Assembly: GCA_039679545.1 (NCBI GenBank)
Contig: JBDKUT010000125.1
Coordinates: 1 to 46,572, forward strand
Direction of reading: 5' to 3'
Length of the DNA: 46,572 nucleotides
Origin: Thermotogota bacterium
Lineage (GTDB): Bacteria; Bipolaricaulota; Bipolaricaulia; UBA7950; UBA9294
Below the pieces are notes generated by a model. It saw only the letters and a program-made list of their open reading frames with translations. It had not been told where the DNA came from and ran no database searches. Position numbers and translations under genes: made by a program. Below, piece after piece: positions 39,299 to 46,572 of this stretch. Position 1 is the stretch's first letter. The number at the start of each line of letters is the position of its first letter.

Positions 39299-39838
39299 TC
39301 ACGGGGCCGCCTCTCTTGGGGATCCCCCTGTGGGGGATCCTCCCTTGCAGGCCGTGCAGCTCCCGGTCTCGAGGAACTCGCCCAAGCTCGCATTGACGAG
39401 CTCGAGCGCTTCGATCGTCGCCGTCTGCCGCGACGCCGAGATCCCCTCGAGGGCGCCGAGGAAGCACGATGCCGTTGCCTTCTCGAGCTCCTGCCGCAAC
39501 CGCTGCCCGCTCTCGGTCAGGGCCACCCGAACCGCACGGCGATCCTTGGGCGCGCTCCGCCTCTCCACCAATCGCTTGCTCACAAGCTGATCGACCATCC
39601 GCGTCGCCGTGCTCGGAGCGACCCCGAGGGCCTCGCCGAGCGCGCTCATTCCGACGTCCCCGTCCTGCGGCAGGGCCATGATCGTGTACCCCTGCGACAC
39701 GGTGATGTCGAGGCTCGCGAGGCACATCTCGTCGTAGCTCTCGAGGAGCCGGCCGAGTTGGCAGACAAGATCCTGGATCCTGCCCACACGGGCCTTCGAC
39801 GTGCCGTAGGTATCTCGATGCAGCTCTTTCTTTGTCAT
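39299..39838 (-). CDS. MarR-family regulator (Cys-rich); start could be 39847
   Basis: ITVSQ, PSTATRMVDQLV, DRRAVRVALTESG. Confidence 0.88.
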   Translation of the reverse strand: MTKKELHRDTYGTSKARVGRIQDLVCQLGRLLESYDEMCLASLDITVSQGYTIMALPQDGDVGMSALGEALGVAPSTATRMVDQLVSKRLVERRSAPKDRRAVRVALTESGQRLRQELEKATASCFLGALEGISASRQTATIEALELVNASLGEFLETGSCTACKGGSPTGGSPREAAP

Positions 39839-39847
39839 GACGAACAT

Positions 39848-39880
39848 TTGTAGTATACAACTACTGGCATCCGATGTCAA
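39848..39880 (-). promoter_or_regulatory. marR promoter with overlapping palindrome
   Basis: TTGACA (39880-39875), 17 nt, TATACT (39857-39852); TTGTA-gta-TACAA (39848-39860) overlaps the -10. Confidence 0.75.
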
Positions 39881-39942
39881 TCCCTCGCCTGCGACCGCGG
39901 AACTGCCCTACCCTAGCCGTTTGAGCCAACCCGGCTTGCGGA

Positions 39943-40887
39943 TCACACCGTGATGACGATCTTCCCGCGGGCGTGGCCTTCTTCGAGATAGCCGATGGCG
40001 TCGGGGACTTCGCTCAGCGTGTAGGTTCGATCGATGACGGGCGTGACCTTCCCGGCCTCGATGAGGCCCGTCAGGATCTCGAGATCGTCCTTGTTGCGCT
40101 TCGCGATGAGCTGCACAAGACTCTGGCTCGCGAATGGCGAGACGATCGGCAACGCCAGAACGCGGGCCATTCGTCCTCCGACGTGGACGTAGACCGCCTT
40201 GGGCGCCAGCACGCGTCGGCACGCGCGAAGTGCTCGGTTTCCCACGGTGTCGAGCATCAGGTCGTAGCGCGCCCCGCCCCGCGTGAAGTCCTCGCGCGTG
40301 TAGTCGACGACGTGGTCGGCGCCGATCTTGCGGACCATCTCGACGTTCTTCGTGCTGCAGACGCCCGTGACCTCAGCGCCGAACGACTTCGCAATCTGGA
40401 CTGCGAAGGTACCCACGCCGCCCGACGCGCCGAGGATCAAGACCTTCTGGCCGGCCCGAATCTTCCCGCTGTCGCGCAGACCCTGGAGAGCCGTCATCCC
40501 CGCCATCGGCACGGCGGCCGCCTGCTCGAACGACAGATTCGCCGGCTTCTTCGCCAGCCAGCGCTCCGGAACGCACGCATACTCAGCGAACGCTCCAGCA
40601 CCTTCGCCGAAGGCCGCGTCGCCCGCGCGGAACCGCGTCACGTCCTTGCCCACCGCCTCGACCTCGCCAGCCAGATCCGCGCCCAGCCTGTGGTCCTTCG
40701 GCCTGAACCACCCGAACATCGCCCGAGTGAACAGTGGCTTCGCGCGCATGAAGTGCCAGTCGTACGGATTCGCCGACGCCGCGCGAATGCGCACCAGAAC
40801 GCCGTCGTCGGTAACGCTCGGCTTATCGACATCTCGGAGCTCCAGAACGTCGGGAGACCCGTACCTCTCGTAGATGATGGCTTTCAT
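39943..40887 (-). CDS. MDR-superfamily NAD(P)-dependent oxidoreductase (quinone oxidoreductase-like)
   Basis: MKAIIYERYGSPDVL, NPYDW, GADLAGEVEAVG, GASGGVGTFAVQ, GHARGKIVI; no catalytic Zn Cys set evident. Confidence 0.92.
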   Translation of the reverse strand: MKAIIYERYGSPDVLELRDVDKPSVTDDGVLVRIRAASANPYDWHFMRAKPLFTRAMFGWFRPKDHRLGADLAGEVEAVGKDVTRFRAGDAAFGEGAGAFAEYACVPERWLAKKPANLSFEQAAAVPMAGMTALQGLRDSGKIRAGQKVLILGASGGVGTFAVQIAKSFGAEVTGVCSTKNVEMVRKIGADHVVDYTREDFTRGGARYDLMLDTVGNRALRACRRVLAPKAVYVHVGGRMARVLALPIVSPFASQSLVQLIAKRNKDDLEILTGLIEAGKVTPVIDRTYTLSEVPDAIGYLEEGHARGKIVITV

Positions 40888-40967
40888 CCTGCCCCCTTGT
40901 GGCCTGATGTCGAGTCGCGTGCAGTATGCCTCACGGGGAGGCATAAAAGCTCACGGCTGGTTTGGAC

Positions 40968-40993
40968 GATGCGTGATCACGGGGTCTGACCCC
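40968..40993 (+). repeat. Repeat family A copy upstream of the intact MDR gene
   Basis: GATGCGTGATCACGGGGTCTGACCCC followed by AGCGCCC. Confidence 0.7.
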
Positions 40994-41100
40994 AGCGCCC
41001 GCGCCCGACAGCCCCATGATCGCACGCTCCGTCGTGCGCGACGCTCCGGAGACGGGCGCGCACGTAGGATTCCGCGAGACACCGAAGGAGGAGATCGATC

Positions 41101-42084
41101 ATGCCCATTCGCCCTCTCGCTCTCCCGCGCGACCTCGCCAACGCGGCGGAAGCCATCGGCAAGGCGTTCCAGTACCCCGGACACCCCGAGTGGGAATTGG
41201 ATCCGGCCGAGCAGGTGCAGTTCGCGGACACGATCCGGCGCATGCGCCGTCTCTGGCCCGCCGTGCGCGTGATGCAGCTCGTGGCGCCTGCGATGCAGGA
41301 CCTCATGCGCGGATTCGTTTGGGAGGAAGATGGCGCATTCGCCGGCTTCATCGTCCTCCAGAGGGACGGTAGCTCCTCCGGTTGGCAGATCGAGCCCCTC
41401 GGCGTCCTGCCCGACTTCCGTCGCCGGGGCATCGCCCGCAGCCTGATGGCCGAAGCCCTCGCCATGTTGCGGGCGCGCGGGGCCACCGTGGTGACGCTCG
41501 GCGTCATCGAGGGGAACGCGCCCGCCAGGGCTCTCTACCGCTCGGTCGGGTTCGCTGACTACGGCGGGCATGTCCTCTACGTTCGCGCAACGGGCGCGGC
41601 AGTCGACCGTCCGACCCTGCCCGCCAGCTACGTCGAGGAGCCTCTCGCGAGGTTCGACTGGCGGGCGCGCTACGAGATGGATCGGCGCATCACGCCGCCA
41701 GACGTCCTGGCCTATGAGGCAGTCACCGCCGGGGGCTACCGCGTCCCCCTCCTCTTCCGCATGCTCGTCCCCTTCCTGAACAACGCGAACGTCGGCGACG
41801 TGCTCGTTGGGCGGGCGAGCGACCGGACGGCGGTGGGCCGCGCCGGCTGGTCGATCAGCAAGACAGGACGCGGCACGAACTCGATCCGCGTCCGTCTCGA
41901 CACTGAACGCCAGGATCTCGCTTCGTACCTCGTCCAACGCGCTCTCTACGAAGTGGCGGCCTCAGGCTCGACGCTGCAGGTCGAGCTCTTCCTCCCAACG
42001 TGGATGCCCGACGTCGCCCGCGCCGCGGAGGAGCTGGGCTTCGTCCTCCGTCGCGCGCACAAGTCAATGGGCATGAAGCTCTGA
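41101..42084 (+). CDS. GNAT acetyltransferase
   Basis: RBS AAGGAGGAG; LGVLPDFRRRGIA, GNAPARALYRSVGF. Confidence 0.88.
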   Translation: MPIRPLALPRDLANAAEAIGKAFQYPGHPEWELDPAEQVQFADTIRRMRRLWPAVRVMQLVAPAMQDLMRGFVWEEDGAFAGFIVLQRDGSSSGWQIEPLGVLPDFRRRGIARSLMAEALAMLRARGATVVTLGVIEGNAPARALYRSVGFADYGGHVLYVRATGAAVDRPTLPASYVEEPLARFDWRARYEMDRRITPPDVLAYEAVTAGGYRVPLLFRMLVPFLNNANVGDVLVGRASDRTAVGRAGWSISKTGRGTNSIRVRLDTERQDLASYLVQRALYEVAASGSTLQVELFLPTWMPDVARAAEELGFVLRRAHKSMGMKL

Positions 42085-42360
42085 GGAGCGGAGAGGGCCA
42101 GCCGCCGTGCGACGCGCGGCGATCCCAGGCCCGCCCATGATCTGAAAACCCTCGACCGGAGCCACCCGAACATCGTTGAGTCTCGGCTGTATCTGATGAT
42201 GCGTGATTACAAGACCTGACCCTCGCGCCCCGGAAGACCTCACGGCTTCCCGATACGGCACTCCTGATTGACGGCGACGAGTATGCCACATTCAGGCGGA
42301 CGAGGGCGCTTCCGCGTTGCGTGAGATGATGCGTGATCTCAAGACCTGACCCTGTCGCCT

Positions 42361-42600
42361 GCCCACCGCCTCGACCTCGCCCGCCAGGTCAGCGCCCAGC
42401 CTCTGGTCCTTCGGCTTGAACCACCCGAACATCGCCCGGGTGAACAGCGGCTTCGCACGCATGAAGTGCCAGTCGTACGGATTCGTCGACGCCGCGCGGA
42501 TGCGCACCAGAACGCCGTCATCAGTGACGGCCGGCTTGTCGACGTCCCTCAGTTCCAGAACACCAGGAGACCCGTACCTCTCGTAGACGATGGCTTTCAT
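42361..42600 (-). pseudogene. 5' fragment (80 codons) of the MDR oxidoreductase, truncated next to a family A repeat
   Basis: 74/80 aa identical to the N-terminus of 39943-40887; homology stops ~8 nt from the repeat at 42352. Confidence 0.9.
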
Positions 42601-42814
42601 TGCGCCCTCCTCACTCCGCGCTGCTCACAGGGCTACGAAGGGTATGCCGTACGCGGACAGGTGGAGGCACCTTCCGTACTGAGTCCGCAGATGTGTCATT
42701 GCAGGACCTGACCCCGGCGCCACGAAGAAGTGCCAGACACCAAAGCCCACAGAAGCACTGCTGCCAATCATCACCAAGACCTTGACGGGCAAATTCGTAG
42801 CCATAACACCCCGG

Positions 42815-42960
42815 CGTGTATCAAGCGCCAGTCGTACGGGTCTGCGGTCGCCGCGCGAGCGCTGGCCAGGGCGCCGTCGGTGGCGACCGCCGGCTTGTCG
42901 ATGTCACGGAGTTCCAGACCATCGGGAGTCCCATACTTCTCGCAGAAGATCGCCCGAGTG
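42815..42960 (-). pseudogene. Degenerate third 5' fragment of the MDR oxidoreductase
   Basis: Minus strand reads RAIFCEKYGTPDGLELRDIDKPAVATDGALASARAATADPYDWRLIHA vs KAIIYERYGSPDVLELRDVDKPSVTDDGVLVRIRAASANPYDWHFMRA; start codon lost. Confidence 0.85.
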
Positions 42961-43159
42961 GCATCCTTCCCATTCGGCGCTGCTCACGGGGCTACGAGGA
43001 GTATGCCGTATGCGCGGCGACAGAGGCACTTCTTGAGCTGCGTAGGGGATGTGTCATTTCAAGACCTGACCCTCGCGCCCGTGCAAGCGGGACTATCGTG
43101 TCATGGCGTGAGCGGGTATTCCATCCCCGCATCCGCCGCGGCTCCGAACGGGCGGCGGG

Positions 43160-43470
43160 GTCTACCATCGGATCTTGCCGGAGACGGGAACATCCCCGGC
43201 GCGTGTAGACGGCTGCTTGTGCCGAGCAGCTTGAGAGTTGCTGCAGCAACTCCTTCAGCGTTGGCGGCGTGTAGCTCCTGAGGTCGGCGGCCTCTTCGGA
43301 GTCACCGCTCGATCGTGAAATGCCGCCCCCGTCATCTGTGCCATCCAGGGAAGTCCGAAGGGTGATGGTGGGCTGTCCAGCGTAGCTGGACAGCTCGAGA
43401 GTTGCTGCGCAACTCCTTCTCCGCTGTGGTTCTGAGCAGTAGACGAGACCGCCTGGATGGGCGAACTCGC
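43160..43470 (+). ncRNA. Candidate IS110 bridge-RNA-like structured non-coding region
   Basis: Two homologous double-hairpin units (43211-43256, 43371-43419), closing stem CCATCCAGG/CCTGGATGG (43341-43349/43452-43460), directly upstream of an IS110-like N-terminus. Confidence 0.6.
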
Positions 43471-43487
43471 GCTGCAAGGAGGCACGC

Positions 43488-43676
43488 ATGGACTCTCAGC
43501 TTCGTGTCGGCGTGGACGTCGGCTGCCACGCACACCGGGTCGGCATCGCCGCCCCCGGCGTCCCACTAGCGGTTTCGTGGGTGTTTTTCGACCACTGCGT
43601 GGATGATCGTCATGCCGCTTTTTGCCTGTGCACTCGACCAGAACGCGCGGGCCTTGCGCTCACGGCGCAAGGTTAG
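43488..43676 (+). pseudogene. Truncated IS110-family recombinase/transposase (N-terminal ~24 aa only)
   Basis: RBS AAGGAGG; MDSQLRVGVDVGCHAHRVGIAAPG resembles the IS110 RuvC-like G(I/V)D...H start, then unrelated sequence. Confidence 0.7.
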
Positions 43677-43739
43677 ATCTTGGCTCTTGCTGTCAAGACG
43701 CGGGTCTAGCCACATCGACCGTTCCGACGACCCACGGGT

Positions 43740-44903
43740 CTAGACCCGCTGGTGTCGGCGATTGAACAGCCAGGTGCCGAGGGCGAAGTAGCCGGCGGTC
43801 AAGACCAGGATCCCACCGAGCTCGAAGCCGACGTCGCCAAGGCCGGCGCCGAAGCTGAGGATCTTGTTGAAGGCGCGGACGCACAAGGTTGTGGGCAGGA
43901 TGTCGTTCACGTAGAGGGTATGGCCTGCGATCACCAGCGCTCGGATCTTGGGCAGCGGGAACATGCACTCCGAGAAGAACATGAGCACGAAGAACGGGAA
44001 GACGCCGACAGTCAGGAGCTCGAACATCGATTTGAGGAACGCCGAGATGAGAACTGCGATGGCGACCACCCCTAGCGTCGTCGCCGCACCGACGACGAGA
44101 AGTGCCGGGAGTGATCCGGCGCTCTCGTATCCGCAGGACAGGGCGGCGAGATAGGCGAGCGTGAGCGCCACGAGGCCCAGGAAGACCTGGTTCACCGACA
44201 CGGCGGTGAGGAGCTCCGAGGTGCGTAGTCTCGAGAGCATGAGCCGGGTCATCGTGCCTTTGTCGACCTCCTTGATGAGGGAGGTCGCGGCGGTGAAGAG
44301 AACCATGATGAGGGCGAGCACGAGCAGGGCCGGCACGAAGAGGTCGAAGTCGCTGACCGGGCGGCCGCTGCCGAGCGAAGTCACGGACACGTCGAGGGGC
44401 ATGTCTGCCCCGGTGCGCTCGGCGACGTGCGAGAAGGCAACGTAGTCCGACATCGCCATCGCCATGGAGCCGCGCAGGTTCCGCTCGTCGGCGTAGTTCG
44501 TCAGCCGCGCCGGAGGGGCGCTCCTGTCTTCGCCGTACTTCCGAACGGCGGCGGAGAAGCCTGCGGGGATCACCACGACGAGGTCCGCGTCGCGCTCCTT
44601 GACCTGGGCGCGCGCTGCCGCAAGGTCGGTCGTCTCGATGATCGCGAACACCGGGCTGCCATCGGGATGCGCCGCCTCGCGCCAGGCGCGCACGAGCGTC
44701 TCGGACTCGGCGCCCACAGGTTCACCCAGGTCAATCTGAATGTCGTGGTTGACGACGAGCAAGCGATACGAAGGAGTTGCGGCGCTGTAGTAGCCGTACA
44801 TCATGTAGACGAAGGCCGGCGCGAAGACGAGCGCGAGGCACAGGATCTTCCACTCGCGGAGGTTCTCGAGGAACGTCTTCTTCAGGTAAGCGAGCGTCCT
44901 CAT
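43740..44903 (-). CDS. ABC-2 type exporter permease
   Basis: Start reassigned to ATG 44903; N-terminal TM, extracytoplasmic domain, KEVDKGTMTRL, C-terminal TM helices. Confidence 0.88.
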   Translation of the reverse strand: MRTLAYLKKTFLENLREWKILCLALVFAPAFVYMMYGYYSAATPSYRLLVVNHDIQIDLGEPVGAESETLVRAWREAAHPDGSPVFAIIETTDLAAARAQVKERDADLVVVIPAGFSAAVRKYGEDRSAPPARLTNYADERNLRGSMAMAMSDYVAFSHVAERTGADMPLDVSVTSLGSGRPVSDFDLFVPALLVLALIMVLFTAATSLIKEVDKGTMTRLMLSRLRTSELLTAVSVNQVFLGLVALTLAYLAALSCGYESAGSLPALLVVGAATTLGVVAIAVLISAFLKSMFELLTVGVFPFFVLMFFSECMFPLPKIRALVIAGHTLYVNDILPTTLCVRAFNKILSFGAGLGDVGFELGGILVLTAGYFALGTWLFNRRHQRV

Positions 44904-45853
44904 TCGCGCAGCCTCCTTCCCGTGAGCCCGATGAAGACGTCCTCCAAGGTCGCGTCCCGCATGTGCACACCCACAAGGTGCAGGCCGAGGCGGCTCACCT
45001 CGTCGAGCACCCGCGCCAAGAGCGCGGTGGAGCCCGTCGAGGTGAGAAGCAGCTTCTCCCCTTCGGCGACGAAGGTGCCGGGAGGCGCCAGCTTGGCCAC
45101 CGCGGGCAGGAGCGATTGGCTTGCGCCGGCGTCGACGACGACCTCGATGAGCTGGCTCGCACCCAAATGGTTCTTGAGGCGCGCCACGGTGTCGACCACA
45201 AGGAGCTTGCCGCGATCGATGATGCACACACGATCGGCAAGCTTCTCTGCTTCCTCCATGTCGTGAGTCGTGATGACGATCGTCATTGTGCCGCGCAGCG
45301 ACTGGAGATAGTCCCGCACCAACACTCGGCTTTGTGGGTCGAGTCCGGCCTGAGGCTCGTCGAGGAACAGGAGCTCCGGCTCGTGCACCAGGCCGAGCGC
45401 GATGTTCAGGCGACGCTGCATCCCGCCTGACAGCGTCTTGCCAAGGCGACGCGCCTTGTCCGCGAGACCGAAGACCTCGAGGAGGTGCTCGGCGCGGGCA
45501 CGCGCCACGCGAGGCGGCTGGTCGTAGAGGCGGGCCGCGAGCTCAAGCTGCTCGACGCAGGTCAGCGTCTCCCAGATCACGAGGTTCTGGGGCGCGACGC
45601 CGATTTCCCTGATGCCCCGCGACCTCCCGGGCACGAGGGGCTTTCCGTTGATCTCGATCGTGCCGCCGTCAGGTCTGAGCAGGCCGCACATCATTCGGAG
45701 CGCGGTCGTCTTGCCTGCGCCGTTCGGCCCGAGGAACCCGAGAATCTCGCCGCGGTGGACGTCGAGAGAGAGTCGATCCACGGCAACGAGGTCGCCGAAA
45801 TGCTTGCTGATCTCATCGACCCGGAGAGCGATCGCTTGCTCGTGCGTCGCCAT
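44900..45853 (-). CDS. ABC exporter ATP-binding protein
   Basis: Walker A GPNGAGKTT, LSGGMQRR, LFLDEP, TTH; ATG 45853. Confidence 0.93.
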   Translation of the reverse strand: MATHEQAIALRVDEISKHFGDLVAVDRLSLDVHRGEILGFLGPNGAGKTTALRMMCGLLRPDGGTIEINGKPLVPGRSRGIREIGVAPQNLVIWETLTCVEQLELAARLYDQPPRVARARAEHLLEVFGLADKARRLGKTLSGGMQRRLNIALGLVHEPELLFLDEPQAGLDPQSRVLVRDYLQSLRGTMTIVITTHDMEEAEKLADRVCIIDRGKLLVVDTVARLKNHLGASQLIEVVVDAGASQSLLPAVAKLAPPGTFVAEGEKLLLTSTGSTALLARVLDEVSRLGLHLVGVHMRDATLEDVFIGLTGRRLRE

Positions 45854-45855
45854 GG

Positions 45856-46461
45856 TCAGCCCGCCTTCTTCCGTGGTGCCGTCCGCGGACACAGGAAAGC
45901 CCGGGACAGACGGGCTGCGGCCTCCTCGGGAGTGAGCGTGTCGTCCATCAACACGTAGGCGGCCAGTCCGTCGACGGCGCCAAGAATCGCAGTAGCCTGC
46001 GCCTCGGCGTCGCCTGCCGCAATCTCGCCGGCAGCCGCGGCCTTCTCGAGGAGTCGGCGGTAGAAGCCCGTCATCTCCCGCGAGTATGTGGCCATCATCG
46101 GCCACCACGACGAGTCCTGGACCGCCTTGGCGAGGGTGAGGGCGACAACAGCGAGCTCCCGCGGACGCTCTCGCCAGTGTTCGAGGTACGCGAGAAAGAA
46201 GGCGCCGAGCCCTGCGGCCGGACTTGCAGCGGCCTCTGCCTTCTCCGCCATCCGGCGGATGGGGTCCATGAACTGGTCGTTCGCAGCGAGGAGGATCTCG
46301 TCCTTGCTCTTGAAATGATGATAGAGCCCGCCCTTGGTGAGCTTGGCTCGCTTGGCGATGGATTCCACCGAGGCTCCCTCAAAGCCTTTCTCAACGAATT
46401 CGGCGACCGCAGCACGGATCACGTCGTCGACTCGCTGTTCCTTAGGCTCTTTCGCAGTCAT
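45856..46461 (-). CDS. TetR/AcrR-family regulator
   Basis: AAVAEFVEKGFEGASVESIAKRAKLTKGGLYHHFKSKDEIL. Confidence 0.93.
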   Translation of the reverse strand: MTAKEPKEQRVDDVIRAAVAEFVEKGFEGASVESIAKRAKLTKGGLYHHFKSKDEILLAANDQFMDPIRRMAEKAEAAASPAAGLGAFFLAYLEHWRERPRELAVVALTLAKAVQDSSWWPMMATYSREMTGFYRRLLEKAAAAGEIAAGDAEAQATAILGAVDGLAAYVLMDDTLTPEEAAARLSRAFLCPRTAPRKKAG

Positions 46462-46477
46462 AGGCGTCCATCAGCAT

Positions 46478-46498
46478 AGATACCGACCGTCGGTATCT
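46478..46498. promoter_or_regulatory. Putative TetR operator (10-1-10 perfect inverted repeat)
   Basis: AGATACCGAC-c-GTCGGTATCT, 16 nt upstream of the tetR start. Confidence 0.8.
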
Positions 46499-46572
46499 TC
46501 CCCTGGATGGCCGGCGCTGTCAAGCGCCGGTGGACAGCGGGGGCTACCATCGGATTCTGTGTAGGGGGACGG

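Larger units (their letters stand above)
42198..43072 (+). repeat. Four co-oriented copies of repeat family A (consensus GATGYGTSATYNCARGACCTGACCC)
   Basis: Copies at 42198-42222, 42328-42352, 42690-42714 and 43048-43072. Confidence 0.9.

Noticed and set aside
39943..42960. Diversity-generating retroelement (template/variable repeat) explanation for the MDR copies
   Set aside because: Differences are not adenine-specific, they lie at the 5' end of the gene, and no reverse transcriptase is present in the window.
42198..43072. CRISPR array interpretation of repeat family A
   Set aside because: Spacing is 130-362 bp and irregular, the repeats are degenerate, the intervening DNA is promoter/gene fragments, and there are no cas genes.
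30902..43100. Classical integron or attC cassette array
   Set aside because: No intI, genes are in mixed orientation, and no attC-type R''/R' hairpins were seen by eye.
43686..43748. GCGGGTCTA (~43700) and palindrome CGGGTCTAGACCCG (43735-43748) as the IS110 right end
   Set aside because: Match to the left-end motif is short, joining the ends gives no well-spaced -35/-10, and the palindrome overlaps the permease stop codon.

Overview
GC-rich bacterial chromosomal window; the lineage cannot be established from the sequence alone. The left part (2.4-16.6 kb) is a LacI-controlled sugar-utilisation locus. It encodes a family-5 oligosaccharide-binding protein, a DUF5695-like putative glycosidase, two ABC permeases, a GH127 beta-L-arabinofuranosidase, an AraD-like epimerase, an FGGY kinase and a FucI-family isomerase, and carries two operators with an identical 18-bp palindromic core. 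The middle (16.7-30.6 kb) is mostly housekeeping: orn operon, OFA-type MFS, acs, lytic transglycosylase, DUF502-accD-accA, AsnRS-like asparagine synthetase with a possible leader peptide, radC and an MFS exporter. The right part (30.9-46.6 kb) is an accessory region with four GNAT genes, a triple-cupredoxin protein, a methyltransferase, NIPSNAP, DUF885, MarR, an MDR oxidoreductase and a TetR/ABC-2 exporter. Two non-coding signals stand out. (i) Two families of ~25-28 bp co-oriented intergenic repeats bracket single accessory genes and a stack of truncated copies of the MDR gene's promoter and 5' end; this is a candidate site-based gene-capture system. (ii) A ~330-nt structured region with two near-identical scaffold units lies directly upstream of a truncated IS110-like recombinase; it is a candidate orphan bridge RNA, and its left-end motif recurs at the window edge. 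No rRNA, tRNA or CRISPR array was recognised. All family assignments are from motif recognition by eye, not database searches.
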